DNA of 64,000 bases, taken from assembly GCF_006345805.1 (NCBI RefSeq), contig NC_043008.1:76632001-76696000 (forward strand). Direction: 5' to 3'. The DNA is from Octopus sinensis (Eukaryota). The notes under the pieces are model-generated. The model was not told where the DNA came from and did not search any database. It saw only the letters and a program-made list of their open reading frames with translations. Positions 42,028 through 56,454 of the stretch are shown piece by piece (position 1 is the stretch's first letter; every line of letters starts with the position of its first letter). The position numbers and the translations under genes were made by a program.

Positions 42028-42853
42028 CTAGCAGTATTGCCCGGCTCGTGCGTTCTATGCACGCGCGAATTAAGCTAAACTTGGATGAAGTTCAATCAAA
42101 ATTCAATTATTTGGGTTTTAAAATCAAGCTTTTAATGCCCTCTATTTTTGCGCTTATGTGTTCCATTTCCTCAATAGGAAGTACGTAGAAGCGTTTCATA
42201 AATTTTTGATGATCAAATAATTGCATTGTTGAATTATTCTTTTAGATCAGTATTTCTCAACGGGGATTTCAGGGGAGAGTTTATGGGAGTCGCTGGCGAT
42301 GTATCGTGATGATCAAAAATCCGGCCTGCTAAAATTTGGTTAAAGTGATTCAAACTGCGGACTCAACGCAAAATGGTCACATTTAATTCAAAGCGTTAAA
42401 AACGTTATGAAAACAATTGGTATGTGTTCACAAAGTCCAAACGATTAATACGAAAAAACCCTCCAGGCTACATCCCGAAAATTCATTTCTTTGCCGAATT
42501 TCTACAATGTTTACGGCGATTCGTTTTTATATCTTGATTTTTTATTTTTCATGCAATTTACGCATGCTTGCACGCGTGGTGAACACAGTTCACGACAAAC
42601 AGCTGACTGAGTAAAGTTCACTATTCAATGCATGAGATAAGGCCTAAACAAACACATTATCGATTTTTGCACTTGCGAGATGAATTTCGGAAGAGAAATA
42701 GCGCAGTTCAATTTTAATTCGCCTAAACTTTAAGTGACCCATTTTTGGTGGTTCTACGATTTGTTGGCTAGGAGGAGATGTGCCGGGAAGTTAAACACAC
42801 AAACACACACATATACACACACAGACACACAAGTTGAGTTTTATATATATAGA
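42028..42853 (-). mobile_element. Non-autonomous Helitron
   Basis: The minus strand starts TCTATATATATAAAAC and ends GCCGGGCAATACTGCTAG, inserted in (TA)n. Confidence 0.8.
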
Positions 42854-42903
42854 TATATATACATACATACATACATATATTCATATATTAGTTTATATAT
42901 ATA

Positions 42904-43289
42904 CTAGCAGTATCGCCCGGCGTTGCTCAGGTTTGTAAGGGAAATAACTATAAAGCATTTTTAGAGAGTTATAGCCAAAAAATAGCAAAAAAATGGAAAA
43001 AATTGATGGTAAATTTTTTTTTGAGATTTAAAAAAGGTGGAGTTGCGTCCCCTAGACAGTTTGTGGTTTGTGTTTCTGATTGTCGACCCCATGTCGAATT
43101 TATCGATTTTTTTTCAGAACTGGGGGAACTTTTCAAAATTTTCGCTGCGTTAGTTTTGAATTATGACATTGGGCTATGTGTGTGTCAAGTTTCATCAGAA
43201 TCGGTTGAAAGCCGTGGTCAGGGTGAGGGTACAAGCAAACAGACACACAGAAACACGCACAGACAAACTGCCGTTTATATAGAGAGAGA
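42904..43289 (-). mobile_element. Non-autonomous Helitron
   Basis: The minus strand starts TCTCTCTCTATATAAACGGC and ends CTGAGCAACGCCGGGCGATACTGCTAG. Confidence 0.82.
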
Positions 43290-43316
43290 TATATATTTAT
43301 ATATATATATATTTAT

Positions 43317-43471
<155 letters not shown>

Positions 43472-44917
43472 CACACATACATGTGTGAGTGTGCCTTTGT
43501 GCCTGTGTTTGTCCCCTTGATCACTTGAAAACTGGTGTTGGTGTGTTTACGTCCCTGTAAATTAGATGTTTAGCGAAAGAGACCGATAGAATAAGTACCA
43601 GGCCTAAAACAACACGTCCTGGGGTCCATTTGTTTGACTGAAACCCTTCAAGGTGGTACCCCAGATTGGTCGCAGTCAAATGACTGAAGCAAGTAAAATA
43701 TATTTATATATCTATAATACATTAAAAGTGAGCTTGAATCTTGCTTGCTTGCAATGTTACCCAGCCAAACTGGCGCATATTGGGAAAATGCCATGAATTA
43801 AGTTCCCCTGAAATGTGAATACGAACGGAATAAAACAAGCTTCGCGTGAACTGGACAACTGGTCATTGAGATATTAGGGGGTTTCGGAGTATAAATACCC
43901 AAAACGGTACATAATGGGAAAATTCTCCGAAAATAACTTAACTCTGATAGGGAAGAAACTCTTACCTTTTGGTTAGACACAGTGACTTGACAACGATAAA
44001 ATACGATTTGTTTTTTATTGTAAATATTTCTAGTTTCGTCTTGTTAAACGCAATATTTTAATCCTTTAGAAATATTTTTAAATATATGGGATTTCAAAAA
44101 TTTAAGTTGTTTGTACAGTAAGTATTTATATTTTAGCTTTCTTTAAGCAGACAATATTTTAATGGTTTTTAAAATTATTTTCAAGTGAATTTCTTTACAA
44201 AATTATTCGGGGTTTTTTTTTGCATATTTTAAAACTATTTTAAAGTGAAAATGGATTTAAAAATACGGTAAATATTTCGTAAAGAGACCCGTTCGTATCC
44301 TCGGTGGCAAATAATTTTTTTCCATGGGACTTTTTCGAGTGCATTCTACGTATCTCACCTTCAAAGATTTGGCTACTATTTCTAACACGCCCTGCTACTA
44401 GGTAACAGCTATTTGCGATAAAATACCCAAAATACCAGTTACGTGGTAGCAGGACGTACAAGAAATAGTGATTTCAATGTCACATTTACGCATGATTTCG
44501 ATGTCACATTCGTTGAGAGCATGCGAAATAACCTGAAAAAGGAAAAATAAAACGAGACAAAATTCCGTTGCTGGGAAACTCAAACTTTCCCGATATATAC
44601 TGTGTATGTATGTATGTATACTGATTTTGCATGTGTCTATATTTAGCTTTGCGAAATTTTTGAAGTAAAATCATCAAATCATCGGTTTAAATAGCTATTA
44701 TTCTATGGAAGGGTAATTTTCCAATAAAAACACAACCAATGGTTGTGTTTCACTTTTTTTCTTGTTATCAGTCAAGTGATTAACTGAATTGTTAGTTAAA
44801 TAATCAATTTTGTCAATCTTTGGCTTATTTAACCAGTCGGTTCGTCAGAGTCCTATTGGTTCAGTCTGCATCATTATCAATGCGTGCACTCAGCTACTGT
44901 TATTCTGTAACAAATTC

Positions 44918-44952
<35 letters not shown>

Positions 44953-46009
44953 GATACACACGCGCAGGCGCGCAAACATACATCCACACACACATATATA
45001 TATACACATACGCACACTCAGAACGTACACACATGTATAACAAAATGATGGATGATATACTGAATACTGTATACGATAAATTCTTAATTTATAGAAATTT
45101 CCTTCGCAGACAGAAAAGCAAAACAAAATGCTAATAAAGTTAACCGGAAATATACTGTAGTACAAGTAACAGTACTCTAACAGAAACTGTAAGGGAGGAG
45201 GAGGAGGAGTTACTGATTATGTAACATGTAACTCTTGCCAAAACTATTGTTAGTTCCTCCGTCACTACTGAAACCCTGTTGTACTATGAAAAATTACTGA
45301 AACACCTGAACAAAAAACAATGGGAAATTTATAGATTTGTGGTTCACATAAAGAAAACTGAAAGCCTAATGGGGTATTCCAGTCACTCGGTGTTGTTGCT
45401 TGGTTCCAAGACATTCTTGGTCGAACAAATCCTGTCCTTCTCTATTTTATCAGATACAGTCTAAGTAGTGCTACATTATCCAAGACGTTTGTGCATAATT
45501 TGGCTGTAATGTGGTTGATGCCTTTGATATGAAGCGAACATGTTCGTTTATTTTATAATTCCTGCGTGTTTCGTTAGTTTATAATATTTATAATATTGAA
45601 CACGTCTATAAAACCGATAGAATTATATCTTAAAGGTAACACAAACACGAACTCAAATCACATTTTACATAGCTAATGGCAATCTCACAGACAATATATA
45701 AATCATTCGTACGTTTAAGCTCTAATGTTAATGTTTTGCCAGAGTATGCAACAGAATCGTCCAATTTAGAAAACTAACGAAGTTATTTTGGCAGAAATGT
45801 CGGTATGGCTACTTCACGTTGCTAATCAATCTCAGAACATAAAACATATTCAACGCATTCTAAAGATTAGCGTCGAATATAAAATAAATTATGAGGACGT
45901 GTACGAGTAAAGACTGTTGCTGTTGCAATTAGTGATCAGATCCGTCTAGTTGTACATAGATGCGTTAAAGAAGTAATGCTTCTTGTAAGTTACAAGGAAT
46001 CTCATGGCT

Positions 46010-46476
46010 TCTGATCTTAACTGATTGGAAGCGTTATCATGTACCTGTTTTGTCTTGGTACAAAAGATTGGCTACTGCAAATGTTCTGCTGAGTATCACA
46101 GATTTGCTAAACACTTGCTTGACCTTCACCATTTTTAAGCATGTTCCTGATGGCTGACAATATGAGCATCTCTGAACACGAGCAGGAGTAGTGAGGGAGC
46201 ATCATAACCATGTATTTGGAGGAATTATTTGGCGTCTGAATAATTCACTTCCGAAAACATTAGTATTTCGTTCAACATTTTTAAACAAACCTTATTCAGG
46301 GACCTTTTGAGCAGGAGGGGCTACTTGACTCGAAGAAAATTATAACTGAACCCCACCTGCAAGGTCATGTGCAGTTTATCTTGATATGAAATCATTATGA
46401 TCGTGATGCATGTGCCTGGAGTACCCTTCGAAGACGGGTAGTCATGGTGGATATATTGGGCTTCGTATAAGGCGGG

Positions 46477-46480
<4 letters not shown>
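46010..46480 (+). mobile_element. About 0.5 kb (AAT)n-tailed element, copy 2 (diverged)
   Basis: Similar to 4766-5222 and 49452-49945. Confidence 0.75.
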
Positions 46481-46573
<93 letters not shown>

Positions 46574-46674
46574 GCAATAATAATAAATGCCAAGAGCCCT
46601 CCATTATCTAAGGTTACTTGTAGACCGATGTTAGGAATGTTTCTTTTCCAACAGTCTAATCTCTTGTATGCATA

Positions 46675-46757
<83 letters not shown>

Positions 46758-46758
<1 letters not shown>

Positions 46759-47363
46759 TGGCATATCGTTAGCGAATGCCCGAAATTGGCGCAACGCGAA
46801 TACAAAATCCCAGGACAATGTGGCAAGAATGATTCTTTGGGAGCTCTGTGGAAACCATGGCCTACAAAGAGCAATGACGTGGTGTGAAAAAGCTTCAGAA
46901 GCAGTCACCGAAAATGAGAATCGAAAATCCTGTAGGATGCAATGATCCTGTGCGATCAACCGACCAGACATCGGAAACCGGTCATTGTTGTGGCGAATAA
47001 AAATGAAAGAACATGTGTGATAATCGACATAGCATGGCCTGGTGACAACAGGATCAATGTGAAAGAAGTAAAAATAAAGACGATTTGAAGTTGAGAAATA
47101 CGAAGGTCGTGACCAATGAGGAGAGTAGACGTGATACCAATAGTGATTAGTGCACTTGGAAGTATCAGCACTTAACTTCCAACAAGGCTTGCAAATGTGA
47201 AGGTAGAACAACTACAAAAATCAGCATTGCATGGAACTGCAAGAATTCTTCGCAGGGTTCTTAAAGCATAACCAGTAAACCAGTAAACAACACCTTAGCC
47301 TGCTGGCTGTGGACTGCTGGCACTTTCCATTATACCTAGTAAAACAAGCTGTGAGTTTTCACA
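46758..47363 (+). mobile_element. Dong/R4-type LINE 3' fragment
   Basis: HIVSECPKLAQREYK..DNVARM..KPVIVVANKNERTCVIIDIAWPGD..QKSALHGTARILRRVL. Confidence 0.8.
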
Positions 47364-47428
<65 letters not shown>

Positions 47429-47446
47429 AATATAATAATAATGATG

Positions 47447-47490
<44 letters not shown>

Positions 47491-47495
<5 letters not shown>

Positions 47496-47850
47496 CGGCA
47501 GATGACAACGTGTCTCTAAAAGAAATGGAGAAACTCTCAAAATACAAAGACCTGGAAATAGAGATAACTAGAATGTGGAACCTGAAAACAGAAACAATTC
47601 CTATCATAGTAGGTGCATTAGGCATGATAAAAAAATATTCAGACAAATACATAACAAAAACACCAGGACTTACAAACACATATAACATACAGAAAATTGC
47701 ACTACTAGGCACTGCACACATCCTACGCAGAACACTTTCCATACAATAACCATCAGAGCATCACAACAAATCACAGCACATACCCAAGGCACACAGAGCT
47801 GCGCTCGGTAGTGAAGTGAAAGCACGCTATAAAAATAAAACTACTGAATA
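47491..47850 (+). mobile_element. Dong/R4 LINE 3' end (same family as 14102-16085)
   Basis: IPADDNVSLKEMEKLSKYKDL..IQKIALLGTAHILRRTLSIQ plus a 3' UTR nearly identical to the reverse complement of 14102-14460. Flanked by (AAT)n. Confidence 0.9.
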
Positions 47851-47884
47851 ATGATAATAATAATAATAATAATGATAATAATAA

Positions 47885-48759
47885 CCATACATCAGAAGGC
47901 TGAGGAACCTAATGACGTCGAAGCTAAATGATCCGAATCTAGTGAAGGCTGTAAATACTTCGGCACTATCATTACTTAGATACGCAGGAGATTTTGTAGA
48001 TTCGACAAAAACTGATTTAGCAAAGCTAGACAGAAGATATAGGAAGAATTACAATATGAATGGAAGACTCCACCTAAGGGCAGGAGTAGCAAGATTATAC
48101 TTATCTAGAAAGGAAAGTGGAAGAGGGTTAATTATCAGTGAATGACTGCGTGGAGTTAGCTAAAGTAGATACATATTCCTACGTAGGTAATAGTGAAGAA
48201 CGTTTATTAAAAGCTGCTACAGTCACAGCAAGTTATAGGGAAACCAAAAACTCTAAACGAACTTAGAAACCAGTAAGAAAGTAGAAATTATTTGACTGGC
48301 AGGAGAAGGCGCTGCATGGTAGATTCCCAAAAACATCTGCAGCAAATAATGAGACATGGCTACTGTTGTAGAAAGGACAGCTGAAAAGGGATACAGATAG
48401 TTTATTAGTAACTGCACAAGATCGAGCAGTAAGCATTAATTGGATAAAAGCCATGATAGACAAAAACAAATAGATTCCCAGTGTAGGCTATGCAAATCAA
48501 AAGAGGAAAGCGTACCCATATAGTAAGTGACTGTAGCATGCTGGCGCAGAAAGAATACAAGAAAGGACATGACAATCTACGGAGAGTAATCCACTTGGAG
48601 TTAAATAGAAAACCAGGATTTGGACATACTAATAAATGCTATGAATATGAACCTAGTAAATTACTAGAAAGTTAAGAATGCAAGATGTTTCACTTTAACA
48701 TTCAGACTGACAGACGAATAGAAGCTAGGTTTGATTTAGCAGCAGCAGCAGCAGCAGCG

Positions 48760-48832
<73 letters not shown>

Positions 48833-49193
48833 AGAAAGAAAATAGAAAGTGCCAAATAATTGACTTTACAGTTCCAAATAATGAAAAATCTGTTTGAGAG
48901 GTATAGAAAAAATAACAAAGTACCAGGACCTAGCTATTGAATTACAGAGACTTTGGAAAGTGCGGATCAAATGTATCTTAGTAGTTATAGGTGCATTGGG
49001 AACTATCCTAAAGATCTGAACAAATGGATAGAGGAAATAAGCATAAAACCAAGTTGAGTACCGCTGCAGAAAGCTGTTATTAAGAACAGCTAGGATACAT
49101 TGGAGGGTTCTTGACATCTAAAGGTTACTTGTTGTATCCCGATGTTATGATTTTTTCTCTTTTCCAACAGTCTAAGTTCTGGTATGTATGTAT

Positions 49194-49195
<2 letters not shown>
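47885..49195 (+). mobile_element. Dong/R4-type LINE 3' portion, decayed
   Basis: NLVKAVNT..LHLRAGVARLYLSRKESGRGL..LHGRF..CRLC..HIVSDCSMLAQKEYKKGHD..CQIIDFTVP..QKAVIKNS. Its 3' UTR recurs at about 46600-46678. Confidence 0.85.
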
Positions 49196-49231
<36 letters not shown>

Positions 49232-49369
49232 TAATAATAATAAATAATAATAATAATAATAACAACAACAACAATAACAATAACAATAACAATAATAACA
49301 ATAACAATAACAATAATAATAATAATAATATTAATAATAATAATAATACTAATAATACTAATAATAATG

Positions 49370-49451
<82 letters not shown>

Positions 49452-49452
<1 letters not shown>

Positions 49453-49945
49453 TGTAAAATCATGTACATGTCTTGACATAAAAGATGGGCCACAGCAAAT
49501 ATTTTGCTCTGTACCACAGATTTGCTTGTCCGCTGTTTGACCTTAACCAGTTGAGCATGTTCCTTAGTTGCTGACGATATGTGCATTTCTGATCACGATC
49601 AGAAATAGTGAGATAGCATCATAGCCATGTGTTGAGAGGGATTCTTTGGAATTTATATAATTCACCTCTGGAAAGATGGGTGTTTCGTTCAACATCCTTA
49701 ATACAACCCTTATTCAGGAACCTTTTGAGTGGGATGGGCTACTCAACCTGAGGAAAATTCTAACTGCAAGGTTATGCACTGCAAGGTTATGCACTGCAAG
49801 GTTATGCACTGTTAATCTTGATTTGAGATCACCATGTCGCGCACATATGGTCGTGATTTTTGTGCCTGGTGTATTCTTATCAGCTGTGCTTCGTATATTT
49901 TATCCCAATGTCACTTTGATGGCATGCACAGCTCTTTCACTCAAT
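49452..49945 (+). mobile_element. About 0.5 kb (AAT)n-tailed element, copy 3
   Basis: Similar to 4766-5222, with an internal triplication of ACTGCAAGGTTATGC. Confidence 0.8.
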
Positions 49946-49962
49946 AATAATAATAATAATAA

Positions 49963-49993
<31 letters not shown>

Positions 49994-50289
49994 AAGAAGA
50001 AGAAGAAGAAGAAGAAGAAGAAGAAGAAGAAGAAGAAGAAGAAGAAGAAGAATGGTTACTAATTTTGACACAAGGCCAGCAATTTCGAGGAGAAGGGAGC
50101 CAATTGCATTGACCCCAGTGTTCAATTGGTAGTTATGTTATCCAACCCGAGAGGTTGAAAGGCGGAATCAACTCAGAACGTTCAAATTCTGCTAAAGTGT
50201 AACATTAATAATAATTAAAGCCAGTATTAGAAGTAAAATAGTAGGTATAACTATTTTAACCATTTTACTTATTAGCTGTTGTAAACTAG

Positions 50290-51150
50290 AATTTAAGCGA
50301 ATTGAATAACTGAAAGAGAAAATCGGAAAACTACAGCATTCCGATCTTCAACGATGATATTGGGATAAGATATACCGTCCCGCATACAAATAGAATGAGT
50401 TTCATATAAATTGAAAACTACTACAACATAACAGTAGCAAAGGAAAATACTTAGAAGGAAGCAAAAGGAAACTGATTAATATTACAAGGAAGATAGAAGA
50501 AATCAAAAACTTTTTTCTATAAGTTACGAACTGGAAAGTAACTACAGTGAAGTAAAGGATGTCGATAACGACAAAGCAACAGCAAAGTTTAAAAAGAAAA
50601 GTAAAAGCAAAAAGCGGAATTCTAAAGTATACAAGAAAAATGAAAGAAAACTTATTCCATAACCATTATCTCACAAAGCTTAACCGCTAGAAAGCAAACC
50701 AAGATGGTGCTTGGATATGGTTCAAAAACGTTTGAGCTTAAAGCAAAAAGAGCTTTTATTCTTGCTGCTCGTGATTATTGCGTATCTTCAGGAAAAAACA
50801 TGCTAGTATCAAGTGCAAACTTTGCAACCAGTATGATGATATTCTTAACTATATCCTGTACGGCTGCGAAGTCCTTGATAAGTCAGAGTATATTCACAGA
50901 TACAGCCAAGTCAGTAACTATATTCACTTGGCAATATTCAAACACGCCGACCTGAAAACAGAAATGAAGTGGTATAAATATTTACCAAATAAGGTAATTA
51001 ACACGGGCCTAGAACAACCTGTTCAAACTGTTAAGGAAAGCATGGCAATTGGTCCAGATATAATAATTAAAGACTGTGTCGAAAACCTGCTCTGGAATAT
51101 TAAAACCCAATAAAATAACACAATCTATTCTTTTATATAACCGATACCAA
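50290..51150 (+). mobile_element. Dong/R4-type LINE remnant
   Basis: KCKLCNQYDDILNYILYGCEVLDKSEYIHRY..GPDIIIKD. Confidence 0.7.
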
Positions 51151-51179
51151 CACTATAACACCAACAATTCACACTTCAA

Positions 51180-53090
51180 CAAAGGACGAAGCTTAAGTGT
51201 AAGCTCAGTTTACCTGAAACAAATCTGACTACCAATTTGTCCGAAAATATTTGGAGGAAAAGCACATAGGTGACTATTAGAAATACCAATGATGACGTCG
51301 ACCCCTCGCTTATCTTAACTTTCGTAGCACAATATGGGCAGATGGTCAGCGCTCGTCTAACTTTTGGCACTACGTAGTCACGTGGGGGTCAACTTAAACA
51401 TACAAGTCCTCATTACCCATTAGGTGTCCTGGAGAGGATACTGAGAGGAAGACTTTAAATCTCAGCATCCAAGGTAGACGAACGCGATGCCAAATATGTG
51501 GAAATAAAACTCATGAGATTTCTTCACACAAGGTTTAAAAGAAAAGGAACAGTAACGAGCATACACTGGATATTGCAAGTCCGAAAGCGACGGAAGTCAT
51601 TATCCTAAAATAGGCACAAATATACCCCATCCTCGTTGCCAATAGAGATCCTGACAATTTGCCATCTCAGCCATATCAACAACACCAACAACACTCACAT
51701 CAACAACAACAAAAACAATAACAATAACATGGATATATGTCAATGAACCAGGTTAGCCATAGAAACAGGCAGGAAACCTTCATAAAAACAGAATTTAAGT
51801 CCATTGGGACTTGAAACGAGTTAAGCTACTAATAAAGAGTTAAAAGGAAATGAGAAAAATAGAGGACCCAAGTGTCACGGCCCCAAATAGTCTTCTTAAG
51901 CTATTCCCAAAAATCTCATAGAGAGAAAAATTCTTATTACCTACAAGAAAATCGTTAAGGCAAATGACTTCGTTTCTTCTTCCTTCTTTCCAACCAATGC
52001 GATGGCCTTAAGAGTAGATAGCTAGATATCATAAATGCATTTGGCGTGGGATTACTCTGGGAACAACCAGGTGTCGCTTAGGTTTGCATGTGATAGCCAT
52101 CTACGAGATCGAGATTTCCGACACATGACCTTAGCAACAACCGATAGTGGTTAACTCTGAAATGGATTATTAGATGTGAATCGATTAGACTTAGTTTGAA
52201 AATAGTCACAGAGTATCCTAGGATAGGCAAAGAGAGCTAGTTAGTAACCTAGAAGTGGTGCATAGAAAGGGTATTGCGATTGACATACTGCCGGCAAGAT
52301 AGGGTCTTGACCGATTCTTCAACGCTAAGCATGAAGGCTGCATATTCAGAGCCGGAGGTCGTGCTCTAAAGCATGAGAGAAGGAAAGCCGACTGATGGAT
52401 TTGTATAAGTACAAGGCGGCAACAGATTCACAATTTGGTGTTTGGAGGATTGAAAGGTGCGCGTGTTACTTATTTCTATGTAGATGTATGTAACTTATCA
52501 GTCGAACTTCGCTCGACTGTTTGGGTCGGTGGACCAAAGTTGTGGGTGGACTTTACCGCGTACCTAAACGCCAGCCAATACTCAACACCGGAGATGCGGA
52601 GTTCTGCGAAAAGCCGATAACAGTTGATAGATTACGTTAAGCGATGATGACCTGAATGATGGAGAAGTTGCCAGTGCTGGATGGTCTGCCCTAAGGTCAT
52701 ATTCTGGACTTATTCAGGCTCTTCTTGACAGACGTCAACTGCAACTCACAGCAGAAACGGGAAATTCCTGGCCTTGCAAAAAGGGGGGTGGTAGAGCTAC
52801 TGAGAAAGAATCCAAACAAGAGGATTGATTTTAATGACTTCAGGCCATCAGGTCAAGTGTTGAGGTATGCACCGTTTGAGCGTGTTGCTGCATTCATCAT
52901 TACTCGGTATATTCCTGGGTCCTCCCGAGTGACCCGTCCGGTAGAGGCCCAGTCAGTCCCTATCTCCGCGTGGTACCTCCTCATCTGCCATAAACATGTG
53001 GCATGTGTTAGACCAGATCGAACCGTCAACCCAGCACGATCCCCGGTGAACACAGTAACACAGGGAACACAGTAAGCAAGGTCTAAGTCG
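51180..53090 (+). mobile_element. Highly decayed Tx1/L1-like LINE
   Basis: ORF1-like LSIQGRRTRCQICGNKTH, and ORF2 pieces PVLDGLP and IPGLAKRGVVELLRKNPNKRIDFNDFRP. Confidence 0.65.
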
Positions 53091-53329
53091 AAAAAGCATT
53101 ATATCATCCATTAAAAGGAGTTGATTTATCGTAATATCAAACTGAGCGGGGTTATGACCAATAAAAATAGTAATAGAGATAAGCTATCACCTTGAAATAT
53201 ACCTCATCTGATATTCACCTTCCTAAGTCTTTATTTTCCTTCAATCAATTGATACTTTCATTGACCATTTTCTCCGTATTTTTACCACTCCAAACATGCT
53301 CATTGTTTTACTTATCCAACTGTGCAGTA

Positions 53330-54690
53330 CCATGTAATCTAATTATGCTATATCCAGTTCCGGCAATGTAATTGATAAGAGGGTTTTGTATATTGTTGTT
53401 ATAGGCCTGAAATTTTGTGGATGTATATTTTTGTTTTTAGTGATTGAGGTGGTTTCCTCTCCATCATCCAGTCAGATATCGATTCTGGTCTGCTTGGCAT
53501 TTTATTAAAGGCAGATGCAATGTATACATGGGTTTTAGTGAGGTATTTTAGCTAGAAGTTTGGGAACTATATCTATTCCAAGTGTTTTCCCATTACTGGT
53601 AGTTCTCAGTGCCTCGGTGAACTCCTTATTGATGATTTCTCTCTATATATTTTCATTTTTGCTTTGGTTGTCCATTTCCGCTCCACATTCCCTCACAATA
53701 TGTCAGCATTTCTGATGTTCTTAGTGTGTCTCATTGATTCATTATTTTTGCTGATATTCTTGTATTTAGTATTCCCCTCAAATTCCTTATTTTCATGGAA
53801 GAATCGTTTGCGTTTCGATAGTGTTTAATGCAGCATGATTTTGCCACCGTGTTCTGCTTTAGCTTTTTTTTTTTTTTGCTTCTCAAGTGTTTCCTTTTAC
53901 ATTTATGCTATATATTTATATACATATTGTTACCTCCGCCAAGGAAGGACGTTATGTTTTCAACGGCGTTGGTTTGTCCGTGTGCAAAATAACTCAAAGT
54001 TGTCAACGGTATTTGATGAAACTTGCAAGAAAGGTTGGTAATGACACAATGAACAGATGATGAAATTTTGGTAGTGATTCAGGAATTTTTATGGATTCTT
54101 GAAGGATTTTTCATTTGTTTATATTTACTCTACATGAGGAATTACAATGTTACAGTCTTTGATTATCTTCCTTGATAATCTCCCTATGGTGGCGTTGTTG
54201 TTTCCAAAGTTTATTTTCGTTTCTCTATTAGTAATTTTACTCGCGTATCTATCTTAAATTGAGCTTGGTGGAGGTCTGCGCTCTCCGAGTGCTTTTCTAG
54301 TTGTTATTGAGACTTTCTCTTGCTGCGCTCTTCTTTTTGTAACTCGCATAAGAAGCATAAGTCTTTTCTTTGTTTTTCGATTCTAATTCTGTATACTATA
54401 TTATAGTTTCACCTTGAGGTTTTGAAGGTATCTAAAGGTTGTTCTTTGTTTGGGTCAAGCCTAGTTTCTTTTGATATTTTTACAATTACATCGTATATCA
54501 AATCATTCTGTCTGTCGATATCCAATTGATCTGATATCCTGAGTATATGTTCCTGAAAGGTTCTGTTATATTTATTTATTCTTTCATGTAGCTGTCTAGT
54601 CCTTCATAATTTGGAGAAATGTCTACGCTGGCACTTGCTTATTGATCATGTATTGTTCACTCAATATTATTTTTTATTATTTCAATTATC
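53330..54690 (-). mobile_element. Dong/R4-type LINE remnant (pre-RT and RT start), interrupted by a Helentron-type element
   Basis: Minus strand: ALRTTSNGKTLGIDIVP..HVYIASAFN..ISDWM..RPITTIYK. Confidence 0.55.
53926..54302 (+). mobile_element. Non-autonomous Helentron-associated element (HINE-like)
   Basis: 5' TTACCTCCGCCAAG..TTATGTTTT and a subterminal inverted CTTGGTGGAGGT, followed by the hairpin GCGCTCTCCGAGTGC and TTTTCTAGTT. Confidence 0.8.
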
Positions 54691-56005
54691 TGTTGTATGT
54701 GTGGCTGCATCGTGAGCTGCCTGAATCTTTAGCACACGGTCACAGTGCTTAGCAGCATTTTGTCTGTCTTTATGTTCTGAGTTCAAATTCTTCTGGTGTC
54801 GTCTTTGCCTTTTGTTGCTTCGAGGGCGATAAAGTAAGTACCAGTTGAGTGGTGGGATCGATGTAATCGACTTACCCCATCCCCCGAAATTAATGGACTT
54901 GTGCTTAAATTTGAAATCATTATTATTGTCATTACTCTACATTCTGAGTTCAAATTCCGCCGAGGTCGACTTTGCTTTTCATCCTTTCGCAGACGATGTG
55001 ATCGACCATCCGCCTCTCCCAAATTTCACGCCTTGTAGAAAGGATTATTATTATTAACATCGTCATCATTATCAACATTATTATTTCTTCATTCGTTTGT
55101 TCTGATTACATTATATGTAAAATATTTCAATATGAACATTTCTGCAGTCTTGTTTCTAAATCAATTAATACTTATCTCATGTTATCAGCTGCCATTGAGT
55201 CTTTCTAAAGCCACTTCTGTTCCTGCAAAGTCTCTCGCAGCATTTAAACTCCATATTTACCATATATCTGCAGTGCTGTCAGAAATAATATAAGATGATC
55301 CATCACGTTATGTAGTCGTACAGTAGACAAAACAGTTTAGAATTTAAATATCTTGTTTCAGGAATAAATATGAAAACTTCACTACGATTTCATTTTACTA
55401 TTGGAAACGGTGATAAAATTATTCACGTTAGAACACTCATTGAACAGCAGTAGTAAACATGTCATGTAGCTCTAAATCTCACTGATTTCAAATAAATTCT
55501 TCAGACTGATGCAATCTACGAACTAAAGTGGAGTAGTCCATCATACATAATACCTAATGACAGTTTACATCATAAAAACACACCACTGTTAGGACTGAAC
55601 CACTGTTTTGCATATTTATTTTTCTTTTCTTTTCTTCAGTATTTTGAGAATGCTTCATGTAAATTATTCTGTAACAGGATTTCTAGTTTTAAGACAGAAA
55701 TGAAATTTATCCAGTCATCGCACTCTTCTCTTGTGAGACAAGTAGAGTGATTTCTGTTCTTCTTTTAATATTAACACATTCTTGGTGAAAAAAGAGAAAA
55801 TATTCCATTAGATGTATCTTACATATGAGTTGTCCTTATTTTACGCAAACCAAAGAAATGAAAGCACAATCGACTGTAGAAGGAATTGAACTTGGTATGT
55901 ACAGGCATCGCTAAAAATATAAATACTGAAAGACAGCCGTATTTTACTGATTGCTTCACTCCAGTTTCGAATTGTATAGTCGCAGCAGCAGCATCAATAG
56001 TAGTG

Positions 56006-56040
<35 letters not shown>

Positions 56041-56351
56041 TGTTGTTGTTGTTGTTGTTGTTGTAGTAGTAGTAACGGTAGCACGGTTGTAAAAGCGATG
56101 GTTGCGGTAATGGTGGTGGTGGTGGTGGTAGAAGCAGTGGGAGATAAGGTTTCTTTAGTCATCTGTCATATTCCGAACAATCACAGAATTTAAATCACTT
56201 TAGTCCTAACATCGGATGTTTTATTGACGATAGCTTAAAATATTTAAAGGAAATATCTTGTTAAAAGTATCTGATTTTATTTTTTATGTAAGAATAGGAA
56301 TATTTATAACATTGCAAGTATCAAGGATGTTGACTATGACTAACCATAGGA

Positions 56352-56450
<99 letters not shown>

Positions 56451-56454
56451 TCAA

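Noticed and set aside
43797-44585. Possible TTAA-flanked DNA transposon with short imperfect TIRs
   Set aside because: The terminal match is only about 10 bp with mismatches and cannot be supported without other copies.
55640-55732. Strong polypyrimidine acceptor followed by 31 open codons
   Set aside because: The donor is weak and there is no recognisable homology.
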